Numbered from the stretch's first letter, positions 38,723 through 48,804 are shown. The stretch: 64,000 nt of DNA from Cenarchaeum sp. (GCA_963692915.1 OY843584.1:128001-192000); one strand, 5' to 3'. The notes: generated by a model not told the origin, from the sequence alone. Program-made: numbers and translations.

Positions 38723-39977
38723 CAATCCTGCAATAAGGCAGATACGTGATCCGCTCTATGGCATGATCGACATATCGCCAACCGAGAACGCCCTCATCAA
38801 CACGCAAACATTCCTGCGTCTTCACAGAATCAAGCAGCTCTCTCATGCCCATGTGGCATATCCGTCAGCTCTGCATACGCGATACGAACATTCGCTTGGA
38901 GCCATGCACATGGCAGGCACCATGTGCGAAAAACTCCACATCGAAAAAGAGAAAACGCAACTCGTGCGTCTTGCGGCGTTGCTGCATGATGTGGGACACG
39001 GCCCGTTTTCGCATCTTTTTGAATGTGTGCTGGAAGATGTCAATAACCTGGATGGATCTATCCACGAGCATATAACGAACATAATGATAAAAAATGATCC
39101 AGAAATTAAACAGATTTTGAGAAGTGATCGATTAAAAATTATTGAGCTTTTGCAATCGCTCAAGCCTAATGTCAGGAAAGACTGGCGTCTAATGTCTGAT
39201 ATTGTGTCTAGCAGTCTTGATGCGGACAAGATTGACTATCTTCAGCGTGATTCCTATCACCTGGGCGTCAACTATGGGAAATTTGACCTCGTGCGAGTAA
39301 TGAATACAATTTGCCCCACCCCGAACCAGGAGCGACTTGCTGTCCGCATCAAGGGTCTTCACGCTATGGAGGGCTATCGCCTAGCGCGCCATCTATTGAC
39401 AGCTCAGGTGTATGAACATCATGCCAGGCTTGCCGCAGACCAGATGTTCCTCCGTGCTCTCCATGAGGCCATTCACATAGAAAAAATACTGCCAGCAGAG
39501 CTCTTTCGAGTGTCCTCTAGATCATTCATGTCATTTTACAAGGCTCTTGATGACGACTCCATTGTAAACATGATAACTGCCGATTCTAGGTCCAAGGTGT
39601 CAAAAAAGATACTAGGTGATATTCGTGCTCGTCGTCTGCTCAAGAGGGTTTATGAATTAGATCCTGTTCTTCTAAAGGACAAATCTACCAAACGCATGAT
39701 GTTCTACTCCAAGGACAAGCTATCTACCGTGACCAATGATATCAGGAAGAAGATGCGGCTCAAAAAACATGAGCTGTTCGTGCACGAGTCATCCAACCTA
39801 TTCAAGCTGTATGGTGACCATGACATCCCATGCCTCGATAAAAATAATGACGTTCGCCACATGAACACTCTGTCGCCAATTCACGCAGATGAGGGAATTG
39901 TAATCCGTTATGTGTTTGGCCCCGAGAAAAAACGTGATCTTATCCGTGCAGAATTTGCGGCTCATAAATTCGTCTAG
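38715..39977 (+). CDS. HD-domain phosphohydrolase (YwfO/SAMHD1-like dNTPase family)
   Basis: RDPLYG, RLHRIKQL, HTRYEHSLG, LLHDVGHGPFSH, HE, LDADKIDYLQRD, VYEH. Confidence 0.88.
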   Translation: MTSNPAIRQIRDPLYGMIDISPTENALINTQTFLRLHRIKQLSHAHVAYPSALHTRYEHSLGAMHMAGTMCEKLHIEKEKTQLVRLAALLHDVGHGPFSHLFECVLEDVNNLDGSIHEHITNIMIKNDPEIKQILRSDRLKIIELLQSLKPNVRKDWRLMSDIVSSSLDADKIDYLQRDSYHLGVNYGKFDLVRVMNTICPTPNQERLAVRIKGLHAMEGYRLARHLLTAQVYEHHARLAADQMFLRALHEAIHIEKILPAELFRVSSRSFMSFYKALDDDSIVNMITADSRSKVSKKILGDIRARRLLKRVYELDPVLLKDKSTKRMMFYSKDKLSTVTNDIRKKMRLKKHELFVHESSNLFKLYGDHDIPCLDKNNDVRHMNTLSPIHADEGIVIRYVFGPEKKRDLIRAEFAAHKFV

Positions 39978-39990
39978 GCGACAAGACTCA

Positions 39991-41253
39991 TCACGTGGCT
40001 TTGGAGATCTCGTCCTTGCCGACATACTTGCGCAGCGGGGCAGGCACCGATATGCCCGAGTCTGTCCGGCAGTTCTCGACGATTGCGACAAGAACGCGCG
40101 TCGTGGCAACTAGCGTCGAGTTTAGCGTGTGGACATATTGCGTGTCCTCGTTGGTCTTGTCCCTAAAGCGCATCTTTAGCCGGCGCGCCTGGTAGTCTAG
40201 GCAGTTGGAGCACGAGACTGCCTCGCGGTACGCGCCCTGGCCGGCCATCCACGCCTCGATATCGTACGTCTTGGCCGAGACCTTGCCCATGTCGCCGCTT
40301 GAGAGCAGGACAGTGCGGTGCGGCAGGCCGAGCTCGCGGTAAAACTCCTCGGCGACGCCGAGCATCCTCTCGTGCTCGGCCCACGACTCCTCTGGCCTCG
40401 CAAACGCAAACTGCTCGACCTTGTCGAACTGGTGCACGCGAAATATTCCCTTTTGGTCGCGCCCGTGCGCGCCGGCTTCCTTTCTAAAGCACGCGCTCAC
40501 GCCGGCGTACCTGATGGGAAGCGATGCGCCCTCGAGTATCTCATCACGGTGCATTGCCGCCATTGCGTGCTCGGAGGTGCCGATCATGCACAGGTCCTGG
40601 CCCTCTATGGCGTATATCGAGTCCTCAAAGTCCTCGGCAATGACTGCGCCCTCCATCGAGTCGCGCTTTATCATGTATGGCGGCTGGATCGCAGTATAGC
40701 CGTGCGAGGACGCAAAGTCGATCGCAAAGGAGACTAGCGCGTGGTTTAGGAGGACCATGTCGCCCTTTAGATAGTAAAACCTGGCACCAGACACCTTTGC
40801 GGCCCTCTCAATGTCAACGAGGCCCATCTTTTCCATTATCGCGGCGTGGTCCCCCTCTGCGCGCCGTGGCTCGCCCCACGTTCGCAAGACGACATTGGCC
40901 GAGTCGTCCGGCCCGTCAGGCACAGACTCGTGAACCATGTTGGGCAGCGTCCTGGCAAGGCCCGCATACTTTTCATGCGCCTGCCGCTGCGCGCCCTCTA
41001 GTGTCTCTAGCCTTTCTGAGACGCCGCGCATCTCCTCGATCGGCTTTGCCGCGTCCCCGCCGCGTTTTTTTTCTGCGGCGACGGCGCGCCCGAGCTCGTT
41101 GCGGCGACGGCGCAGCTCGTCGGCCTCTGATGTTGCCTTGCGCCATGCGCCATCGGCGGCAACTAGCGCATCGAGATCATACTCGACGCTGCGCCTCCTT
41201 AGCATGTCTCGCACGTCATCGGGACGTTCGCGCACGATCCTGGGGTCTATCAT
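39991..41253 (-). CDS. serS: Serine-tRNA ligase
   Basis: GTSE, CFRKEAG, FRVHQFDKVEQF, SCSNC, HTLNST. Confidence 0.96.
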   Translation of the reverse strand: MIDPRIVRERPDDVRDMLRRRSVEYDLDALVAADGAWRKATSEADELRRRRNELGRAVAAEKKRGGDAAKPIEEMRGVSERLETLEGAQRQAHEKYAGLARTLPNMVHESVPDGPDDSANVVLRTWGEPRRAEGDHAAIMEKMGLVDIERAAKVSGARFYYLKGDMVLLNHALVSFAIDFASSHGYTAIQPPYMIKRDSMEGAVIAEDFEDSIYAIEGQDLCMIGTSEHAMAAMHRDEILEGASLPIRYAGVSACFRKEAGAHGRDQKGIFRVHQFDKVEQFAFARPEESWAEHERMLGVAEEFYRELGLPHRTVLLSSGDMGKVSAKTYDIEAWMAGQGAYREAVSCSNCLDYQARRLKMRFRDKTNEDTQYVHTLNSTLVATTRVLVAIVENCRTDSGISVPAPLRKYVGKDEISKAT

Positions 41254-41492
41254 CCCTGCGTGGCCTCCAGCGCGGCCTGCGCGTGCGCGAGAACCTCGTC
41301 AACTGTCGCGACGAGACTCGGGATCGCCCCGCCGCCAACATCAATGCGCACGTCACTGCCGTCAATTGACATCTCCATCTCCTGACCCGGAGGAAAGGCG
41401 ACATTGTCTGGCGCAAGCGCGGCCATTACGGCCTCGGCGCCCTGCACCGACAGGTCAGTTATGCGAATCTGCACCCTGCACGCCGGAGACAT
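41250..41492 (-). CDS. pcc1: KEOPS subunit Pcc1-like protein
   Basis: ALAPDN motif, ~80 aa, conserved rps15-DHH-pcc1-serS context. Confidence 0.7.
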   Translation of the reverse strand: MSPACRVQIRITDLSVQGAEAVMAALAPDNVAFPPGQEMEMSIDGSDVRIDVGGGAIPSLVATVDEVLAHAQAALEATQG

Positions 41493-42867
41493 TTTTCTCG
41501 ATATAGTCAAGGAACCCTCCAAGGCTGCCCTTTGATATGCGCGCGCCGGCTGCTGCGGCGTGGCCACCGCCCATGCCCTCAAAGCGCTCGGCTGCTGCCC
41601 TCATCATCTCGCTCAGGTTGACATTGCCGCCATAGCCGCGCGCCTTGCGCGAGGAGACCTTTACGCGCCCGCCCTCGGCACCGGCCCGCAGGACTACTAT
41701 CTTGCCGGCGCTAGTCGGCGCGCCGGCGATCACAGATGATATCGTTCCGGTCATCGACTCGGCCACGACGCCCTCGGCGTCGACCATGACGCACGAGGCG
41801 CTCTCTGATGTCCTCCAGCGCTCACTCGATATGCGCTCCATGCAGCCGCGTATCGTCTGGCGGTACTCGGAGAGGGCCTCCTCGGCCTCGGCGACCATCT
41901 TTGTGCGGTCCCCCATGCAGAGGGCCATGCCGGTTCCGGCCTTGCCTATGCGCCCGCACGAGTTGAGCACGGTGGCAAACTCCCGCGCGTCGCGCAGGAG
42001 GCCCTTTGCGCCCTCGCCTGAGAGCGTGTACGCGCTGCCGACGAGCTCGGCCCTGATCGCCTCGGCGTCAGCACCCTGCGCGTGGGCCGCAATGCCGTCA
42101 ACCAGGCTGGACTTTTCATCCTCGGAGAGCTCGGAGGCCACGCGCCACCGTCCACCGTCCCTGGCCTCGATGCCGGCTGCCCTGATTAGCTCGGCGCACG
42201 CGTCATGGTTCCACGTCAGGCCCTCTATGAACGGCCTCGTCGTGAACGCAAGCGCGTCGGCTAGCGCGCGCGTCTCCCTGCCGGCAAGCAACAGGTCGGC
42301 GCGCACCTCGAGAAGCTTTAGCTCCTCGGCCTTTGCCGCTATCTCGGCGTTGCGCCCGACGAGTGTGCGCCCCTTGCCCTGATCCTGCCTGTCACCGAGT
42401 GCGGCGACGACGGCGACTGGCGAGAGGTCAACATTGCGGCTGTCAAGGGCCACTGCGGCAAGGTATGCCATGCCGCCTGAGCATATCTCGTCCCCGCCGT
42501 CGATGCCGTACTTCCACGAGTTTATGACGCGCTCGTTGTCAAGCTCGGCGTCACGAACCTGGTGGTGATCCAGGATGAACCAGTTCTCGCCGACTGCGGC
42601 GTCAAGCTCGGAGGCCATTGCGCCGCCGACATCCATGACGATGTGAAGCGCGTCAGGTGCGAGCTCCCTTGCGTGACTGGCGCCAAACTCCTTTACTGCC
42701 CTTGCGCCACACCGCGCACCTGCCCTTATTGCGGCCTTTGCTATTATGCCGCCGGCGGCGAGCCCGTCACAGTCCATGTGCGTCGTTATCGAGATTGGCC
42801 TGCCGTCCCTGGCGCACTCGGACACCCTGGACGAAAAGAGCGACAGTGACTCGGCTAGGCTGGCCAT
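41455..42867 (-). CDS. DHH-family phosphoesterase (RecJ-like)
   Basis: HMDCDG, LDHH, GGGHAAAAGA. Confidence 0.9.
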   Translation of the reverse strand: MASLAESLSLFSSRVSECARDGRPISITTHMDCDGLAAGGIIAKAAIRAGARCGARAVKEFGASHARELAPDALHIVMDVGGAMASELDAAVGENWFILDHHQVRDAELDNERVINSWKYGIDGGDEICSGGMAYLAAVALDSRNVDLSPVAVVAALGDRQDQGKGRTLVGRNAEIAAKAEELKLLEVRADLLLAGRETRALADALAFTTRPFIEGLTWNHDACAELIRAAGIEARDGGRWRVASELSEDEKSSLVDGIAAHAQGADAEAIRAELVGSAYTLSGEGAKGLLRDAREFATVLNSCGRIGKAGTGMALCMGDRTKMVAEAEEALSEYRQTIRGCMERISSERWRTSESASCVMVDAEGVVAESMTGTISSVIAGAPTSAGKIVVLRAGAEGGRVKVSSRKARGYGGNVNLSEMMRAAAERFEGMGGGHAAAAGARISKGSLGGFLDYIEKNVSGVQGADSHN

Positions 42868-43310
42868 CACTCTAGCTGCGCAATGACGGACTTGTACTTC
42901 CACTTTTTTGGTATCCGCCCGATGCGCTTGTAGTATGTTGAGAGGCGGTGAACCTTTGCCTCTATGAGCTCCAGTGATCGCACGTTGCGCCTGTCGCCCT
43001 TGTGGACCTTTAGGTGCTTTTGGAGGCCGATCGCGGTCTTCACGATGCTTGCGAGATCCTCGGGCATCTCGGGCAGCATGTCATGGGCCGCGAGCGTCTC
43101 AGTCACGGTCCGGCCGGTGACTGGCTTTGCGAGCGGAATTGCGTGCTGGTCTCGCAGCCTCACGCCGATCTGGCTGGCCGTCATGCCGTCCTTTGCGTAC
43201 CTGACTATGGCCTCCTCGACCTCCTCCTTGTTGGCGTACTCGGGAGCCGTGGGATTGACGGGGCGAATCGAGTGGGCCTTGCCGTGGCGGTGCGAGTGTA
43301 TGCGTCCCAT
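42867..43310 (-). CDS. rps15: 30S ribosomal protein S15
   Basis: MGRIHSHRHGK, IGVRLRDQHAIP, LIEAKVHRLSTYYK. Confidence 0.96.
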   Translation of the reverse strand: MGRIHSHRHGKAHSIRPVNPTAPEYANKEEVEEAIVRYAKDGMTASQIGVRLRDQHAIPLAKPVTGRTVTETLAAHDMLPEMPEDLASIVKTAIGLQKHLKVHKGDRRNVRSLELIEAKVHRLSTYYKRIGRIPKKWKYKSVIAQLE

Positions 43311-43432
43311 GCAGGGGGGAGCGTCATATGGTTTGGAATTAAACGTTGCCTACCCCCTGTGGGCCCCTCACGCCTGCGTGCGAGCGCGTGAACCAGGATA
43401 AGATTAAATATAACATGGTGGAGCGTGCTGCC

Positions 43433-43762
43433 ATGAACAGGCACGTCATGGCGGGCGCCCTCGGCGCTATCGTGGCACTCGGATCGCTCGGTCTGGCCGT
43501 AGACGCATTTGCCCAGTACATGGGTAACACTGGCGGCGGCGGCGAGACTGGCAAGTATACTCTCGAGGAGGCACTGGCACTACAGGCCGCACGCGTGAAC
43601 TATGCCCAGGACAATCCTGGTTCCGGCTCTGGCACGCCGTATCTGAGCGCTGACAGCGTTGTCGGCGCTTCGATAATCTCGGCTGCCGTATTTGGCGGAA
43701 TCGCGGCGACCTTCTTCATTAGGGCACGTTCTGGCAAGTATGCTGCAATGGGCAGGGGCTAG
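43433..43762 (+). CDS. Probable accessory AMO subunit (AmoZ candidate)
   Basis: Signal-like N-terminus, GSGTPYL, C-terminal TM; next to rps15 in the amo neighbourhood. Confidence 0.6.
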   Translation: MNRHVMAGALGAIVALGSLGLAVDAFAQYMGNTGGGGETGKYTLEEALALQAARVNYAQDNPGSGSGTPYLSADSVVGASIISAAVFGGIAATFFIRARSGKYAAMGRG

Positions 43763-43925
43763 ACTCCACCCATATCTCCCCTATTTTAGACGACTCTGAG
43801 CCTTGGCTGCGTGCGCACCCAGTGGGCACGCCTGGGGCGATCCACGGACTCCGGGCCGGTGTCGACTGCCCCCACGCCTGAGGCCGGGGAAATCTATATA
43901 ATGTAGCCCCCTGCCCGCTCTGCCA

Positions 43926-44195
43926 ATGATACCGATAGTGGGTACGGTTCTGAGCGTCCTGTCGGCGCTTACGGGTCAGCTAGGCCCCAACTACGATCCC
44001 CTGTTCTATGACGTCATGGTCTACATCTTTGGCACCATCATGTTCACGGTCTTCCTCCTTGGAGTGATCGCGTACTGGCTGCGTGTCCACGGTTGGGCAT
44101 ACAAGGACAACCGCGAAAGGTGGGTCGACGAGCTTGACAGGCACTTTGAAAAAGAGGGCATCGGCCTCATTCCAGACAACGGCAAGTACTGGTAA
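43926..44195 (+). CDS. Small membrane protein, AmoY candidate
   Basis: One strong TM, own TATA (TATATAA), between the amoZ candidate and amoX. Confidence 0.45.
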   Translation: MIPIVGTVLSVLSALTGQLGPNYDPLFYDVMVYIFGTIMFTVFLLGVIAYWLRVHGWAYKDNRERWVDELDRHFEKEGIGLIPDNGKYW

Positions 44196-44805
44196 GGCTA
44201 CCTCCTCTCTATTTTTGTCACTTGGCTGCGGATCGTGCGCACGTCGCACTCCGTGCTATGGGGCTTTTGCCGTGACTCCTTCCATGGCCTGCTGGCAGCA
44301 CCCCTGATCATGCTCTGCGTGACCATTGCCTCGCAGCATGGCGTGTGGGTGACGGCGCGCTTGCGGCCACCTGCTACAGGATCCTGTATGACTCGTGCAG
44401 TTGAGCGATGTATTACTGCATGCAACGGCGCATGATCTTACGTGGACTAATGCCAATTGGTTCACATCACAAAGTTGTGCATCATGAAAAGATTCCCTGC
44501 ATCACTGCCCGTGACGCCGCGCCGGGCGGCCAACACTGGACGACACAACACATGGCACGTGTCGCCATGCGACTGCGTTGATCCTTTGTTACTTGCCAGT
44601 GTCGTCAAACACGACGTGTTGCGCAACACACAATGATTCCTGCTGATCGGGATAATCATTGAACTGCCGATATCATCATGCATTATTCCAGTGCGCTAAA
44701 GGCGCAATGGTTTACTGTTTACTAGACAATTGCAAACCAATGCGCAACAACACTGCCAAATGCAATGTGCCTATGAACCATGTGCCGTGTGTCACTGACA
44801 GACTG

Positions 44806-45333
44806 TTACTCTCTATCTGGAGGCATAAAGTCGTGCTCTTCGGATATGTCATATGCCTTTGACCTAAACTCGGCGACATACGTCCTTCCATCCTCTATTG
44901 GGGTTCCGATAAACCTTGATGACTCTACGCCGTCAACGAGAATCCTCGAGTCAGACTCGAGCATGTCGCGCAGCGGAAACTCCCACACCCACAAAAAGTG
45001 CCCAATCTCAAACGGGTACGCCTCCTCCCATGACCCATAGATCGTCCCGTCAGACGTGAGCGTGTAGAGCGACCTCTGGCAGCCGCCCTCCTCAAACCCG
45101 ATGTTGGCCGGAATCTCGGCGCGCTTGCCGTCGACATAGAGCTCAAGGGATGCGCTAACGGTGTATGGCGTCACCCGCTCGTTTATGCAGATCTTTAGCG
45201 GATCATTAGCAGAGATCTGCGAGAGGACGAGGCTACTTCCGACGCCAACGGATATGCCAATGCCTGCGGTGATCATCAAGAATATGAGCGTCTTGCGCCG
45301 CTTTGTGGGATCGCCCATTCCCGGCCAGAACAT
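44806..45333 (-). CDS. Membrane-anchored hypothetical protein
   Basis: N-terminal TM, IPANIG..C...LYT motif; TTTAAGT box upstream. Confidence 0.75.
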   Translation of the reverse strand: MFWPGMGDPTKRRKTLIFLMITAGIGISVGVGSSLVLSQISANDPLKICINERVTPYTVSASLELYVDGKRAEIPANIGFEEGGCQRSLYTLTSDGTIYGSWEEAYPFEIGHFLWVWEFPLRDMLESDSRILVDGVESSRFIGTPIEDGRTYVAEFRSKAYDISEEHDFMPPDRE

Positions 45334-45566
45334 GGAATCCGCAGCACATGGCGTTTTACTTAAATCTGCTTGCCAAACGCCTCGCACGCGCGGCCTCCTG
45401 CCCTGCCTCGGGATTCCCAGAGTCCTGATCGCATGGTTCGGTTCTGCCCCGATCGGCCCCCTTGGCGCAGCGTCGACCCCGATGGACCCTGATGGCCAAT
45501 TCGTGCCTACGCGTATGCGCAGAATCAAGAAAGGCTTAAAAGGCTCTGATATTCGCGAGGGACACG

Positions 45567-45929
45567 ATGACTCTTCCAAAAGGGTTCGGCTCCGCCGGCG
45601 GCGGGGGTGCTGGTGCGGCAGATGTAGAGAAGATGATCGGCAGGCGTGTGGAGAACATGACTGGCATCATCACGATCTCCTACATTGCAGCCTGGCTCGC
45701 CACGTTCGGCGGCACTGCCGCGGGGTACTTTTACTACCCGTGGGCATATCCGACACCTAGCGGCCACTTTGCATTCATAGTGCTGACGATCGTAGAGGCC
45801 ATCGGCTACCTCTTCTCAGTGAAGGTGTGTGAAGAGGGCTCCTCGAAGAACAGCAATGGCATTATTGGTGCCACACTTGCGGCCACCGCGGTCGGAACGC
45901 TGCTCATATCGCTCTACGTCGGAAACTAG
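45567..45929 (+). CDS. amoX: Ammonia monooxygenase subunit X
   Basis: LPKGFG, IGRRVENM, TFGGTAAGYFYYPWAYP; upstream of amoA. Confidence 0.8.
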   Translation: MTLPKGFGSAGGGGAGAADVEKMIGRRVENMTGIITISYIAAWLATFGGTAAGYFYYPWAYPTPSGHFAFIVLTIVEAIGYLFSVKVCEEGSSKNSNGIIGATLAATAVGTLLISLYVGN

Positions 45930-46028
45930 GCGGGTATACTGTCTACTATTTTTGCCATCTCGCAGCGTCGGCTGCGATCATGGCCTGCCGGCGTGTCCTG
46001 CGATCAGCGCAGATCGGCGCGCCTACGC

Positions 46029-47120
46029 TGTTTTATACGAAAAGTAGTAGACTCACTCATTCGAGTCCACCTCCATCCACCTCGGGTTCTCCGCCCGGAC
46101 CCGCCCGTCGGCCCTGCGCCTCCTGTAGGCCAGCAGGGGCGTCTCGCCGCCCTTGATGTCCAGGGCGAAGTGGAGGCGCCTCTCGTTGTAGTACGCGATG
46201 AACTCGGGGACCCCGCCAAAGTGGCCGATCTCCGTCTCGAGCGTCTGGAAGAACCTCTCGACCTTGCCGTTGGTCTGGGGGTGGCGGACGCGCGCCATGA
46301 GGTGCGCTATGTCGCGGTCCAGCAGCTCCCGCTCGAAGAGCGTCGGCGTCCAGCTGCGGCTCGGCGTGCCGCGCCGGCTTGCCGTGAACTGCGTGCCGTG
46401 GTCCGAGAGGATCTGCGCCGGCGCGCCAAACATCCTGATCGCCTTTCGCAGCGCAAGCACGGAGTTTTCCGACGTGGCCTCGGCGAACACGCCAAAGCCC
46501 GTGACGCACCGCGACGCGTCGTCGAGGAACACTATGAGGTGCGAGCCCGCAAGTGGCCCGTATTTCATTATGTGCCAGTCCACGTGCCACAGCGCGCCGG
46601 AGTGCGCGCGCTCGAACCTGACCCACTTTCGCCTGCGCGACTTCGCCCGCGACCTCGTGACGAGCCCCTCCGCCAGCATGATGCGGTACACCGACCAGTA
46701 CGTTATTTTTGAGTTGTTGCCGCGCAGCCCCTCGGCCACGCGCACGACGCCGGCCGGCCGGTCGGCGTGCTCGCCGAGGACCTCGGCCACCTCGCCGTCG
46801 GTGACGTCCCTGCGCGGCCTTCCCATCGGCCGCGGCTCCGGCGGCGCGCCGGTGCGCCGGCAGTGCGCGCGAAGCCTGTACGACCACGCCCTGGAGATCC
46901 CCAGCTCGCGCGCCACCTCCTCGGCGCTCCGCGTCGCCAGCGTCCTGGCCACGTACCGGAGCGCCCTGTCGTCAAGCCTCCTGACCGGCATGGCGCGCCG
47001 GCGGCGGAGCCCCCCAAACGTATGTTTCGGCAGCCTGCCGGATCCCGGGGCGCCCCCGGGGCTCCCGGATCTGCGCCCGGCAAGCATTCCTGCCCAGTCT
47101 ACTACTTTTCGTACAAGGCA
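46029..47120 (-). mobile_element. IS481-family insertion sequence (1092 bp)
   Basis: TIRs TGTTTTATACGAAAAGTAGTAGAC / TGCCTTGTACGAAAAGTAGTAGAC; 15-bp TSD TCGGCGCGCCTACGC (46014-46028, 47121-47135). Confidence 0.93.
46053..46991 (-). CDS. IS481-family DDE transposase
   Basis: N-terminal HTH, LWHVD, LDDASR, LSDHGTQF, PQTNGKVERF, YNERR.H. Confidence 0.93.
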   Translation of the reverse strand: MPVRRLDDRALRYVARTLATRSAEEVARELGISRAWSYRLRAHCRRTGAPPEPRPMGRPRRDVTDGEVAEVLGEHADRPAGVVRVAEGLRGNNSKITYWSVYRIMLAEGLVTRSRAKSRRRKWVRFERAHSGALWHVDWHIMKYGPLAGSHLIVFLDDASRCVTGFGVFAEATSENSVLALRKAIRMFGAPAQILSDHGTQFTASRRGTPSRSWTPTLFERELLDRDIAHLMARVRHPQTNGKVERFFQTLETEIGHFGGVPEFIAYYNERRLHFALDIKGGETPLLAYRRRRADGRVRAENPRWMEVDSNE

Positions 47121-47141
47121 TCGGCGCGCCTACGCCTAAAA

Positions 47142-47149
47142 TTATATAT
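47142..47149 (+). promoter_or_regulatory. TATA box of amoA
   Basis: TTATATAT ~25 nt upstream of ATG 47174. Confidence 0.7.
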
Positions 47150-47173
47150 ACTAGCCTTCTGGCGAGGGGGGCA

Positions 47174-47824
47174 ATGGTCTGGCTAAGACGCTGTACGCAC
47201 TACCTCTTCATCGTGGTAGTTGCCGTAAACTCCACACTGCTGACAATCAACGCAGGAGACTATATCTTCTACACTGATTGGGCGTGGACGTCGTTCGTGG
47301 TATTCTCGATATCGCAGACGCTCATGCTCGTCGTCGGTGCGGCGTACTACCTGACATTCACTGGAGTGCCGGGAACTGCGACGTACTATGCGCTGATAAT
47401 GACAGTCTACACGTGGATAGCAAAGGGCGCATGGTTTGCCCTCGGCTACCCGTACGACTTCATCGTCACACCGGTATGGCTCCCATCTGCAATGCTGATG
47501 GACCTTGCATACTGGGCGACAAAGAAGAACAAGCACTCGCTGATTCTGTTTGGTGGTGTGTTGGCCGGCATGTCGTTGCCACTGTTCAACATGGTGAACC
47601 TGATAACGGTGGCCGACCCGCTGGAGACTGCGTTCAAGTACCCGCGACCCACACTTCCCCCCTACATGACACCAATAGAACCGCAGGTGGGCAAGTTCTA
47701 CAATAGCCCAGTCGCACTGGGCGCTGGAGCCGGGGCCGTGCTGTCCGTGACTATGGCCGCGTTGGGCTGCAAGCTCAACACGTGGACATATCGCTGGATG
47801 GCCGCCTGGTCGAAATGGGACTGA
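47174..47824 (+). CDS. amoA: Archaeal ammonia monooxygenase subunit A
   Basis: MVWLRRCTHYLF...AGDYIFYTDWAW...YRWMAAWSKWD, 216 aa. Confidence 0.98.
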   Translation: MVWLRRCTHYLFIVVVAVNSTLLTINAGDYIFYTDWAWTSFVVFSISQTLMLVVGAAYYLTFTGVPGTATYYALIMTVYTWIAKGAWFALGYPYDFIVTPVWLPSAMLMDLAYWATKKNKHSLILFGGVLAGMSLPLFNMVNLITVADPLETAFKYPRPTLPPYMTPIEPQVGKFYNSPVALGAGAGAVLSVTMAALGCKLNTWTYRWMAAWSKWD

Positions 47825-47949
47825 TACGCGTCATACCTCCTTTTTCATTTTGATTTCCTAGCGTGCCCTGCGCACGTGCTCAACAAATACTGCGCGCATG
47901 GTGATCTTTTATTGCCCCGCCATACCTTCAAAACGCGCCGAACCATTCT

Positions 47950-48804
47950 GTGTTGGCACAGCAGCACGCGTGTGAGGCGGCCGGACCCTTCGTAAAGTGG
48001 GCAGGCGGAAAGAGGCAGCTACTCGCCGAGCTGCGCGCCCGTGCACCGCACAAGTTTGGCATGTACTATGAGCCGTTCGTCGGCGGCGGCGCGCTTGCCT
48101 TTGAGATACTCTCGTCCCGTCCAGGCGCGCGCTGCTCGCTCTCTGACCTCAACTCTGATCTTGTCCTGGCGTATGTCACCGTGCGTGACCGCGTCGATGA
48201 CCTTGTCCGCTCACTCCGGCGCCATGCTGACGCGTACGTGCAGGATCCAAAGGCATACTATTACGCGACGCGCGCGGCGACTCCGCGCACGCAGGTGGAA
48301 AAGGCATCGCGCCTCTTGTTCCTCAACCGCACGTGCTTTAACGGCCTGTATAGGGTCAACTCTAGCGGCAAGTTCAATGTCCCGATGGGCGGATACGACA
48401 ACCCCAATATTGTCAACGAGGCTGCGCTGCGTGCCGCAAGCCGCACACTGGCCTCGGGCAACGTCTCGATCCAGTGCGCCGACTTTGGCGCGGTTCTACG
48501 CACGGCAAAACGCGGGGACTTTGTCTACTTTGATCCGCCATACCAGCCGGTGAGCCGCACGGCCGCATTCACAAGCTACACCAGCGCGTGCTTTGGGGAG
48601 CGCGACCTGGAGCGCCTCGCCGGTGCGTGCGAGGAGCTTGCCGACCGTGGGTGCCACGTGCTCGTCTCCAACTCGGACACAGGCGAGGTTCGATCCGTGT
48701 TTGGCCACGGATGGAGCGTCGATGAGATCGGCGCGTACCGCCGGATCAACTCGGATGGCGCGCGAAGGTCTGGCCACACGGAACTGCTGATCAGGAACTA
48801 TTGA
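47950..48804 (+). CDS. Dam-like (D12 class) DNA adenine methyltransferase, solitary
   Basis: KWAGGK, EPFVGGG, FNGLYRVN, DPPY. Confidence 0.92.
   Translation: MLAQQHACEAAGPFVKWAGGKRQLLAELRARAPHKFGMYYEPFVGGGALAFEILSSRPGARCSLSDLNSDLVLAYVTVRDRVDDLVRSLRRHADAYVQDPKAYYYATRAATPRTQVEKASRLLFLNRTCFNGLYRVNSSGKFNVPMGGYDNPNIVNEAALRAASRTLASGNVSIQCADFGAVLRTAKRGDFVYFDPPYQPVSRTAAFTSYTSACFGERDLERLAGACEELADRGCHVLVSNSDTGEVRSVFGHGWSVDEIGAYRRINSDGARRSGHTELLIRNY

Noticed and set aside
47000-47095. GC-rich hairpins in the IS481 leader as a possible guide or structured RNA
   Set aside because: Short and expected at this GC content; the transposase is a plain DDE enzyme with no TnpB/IS110 features
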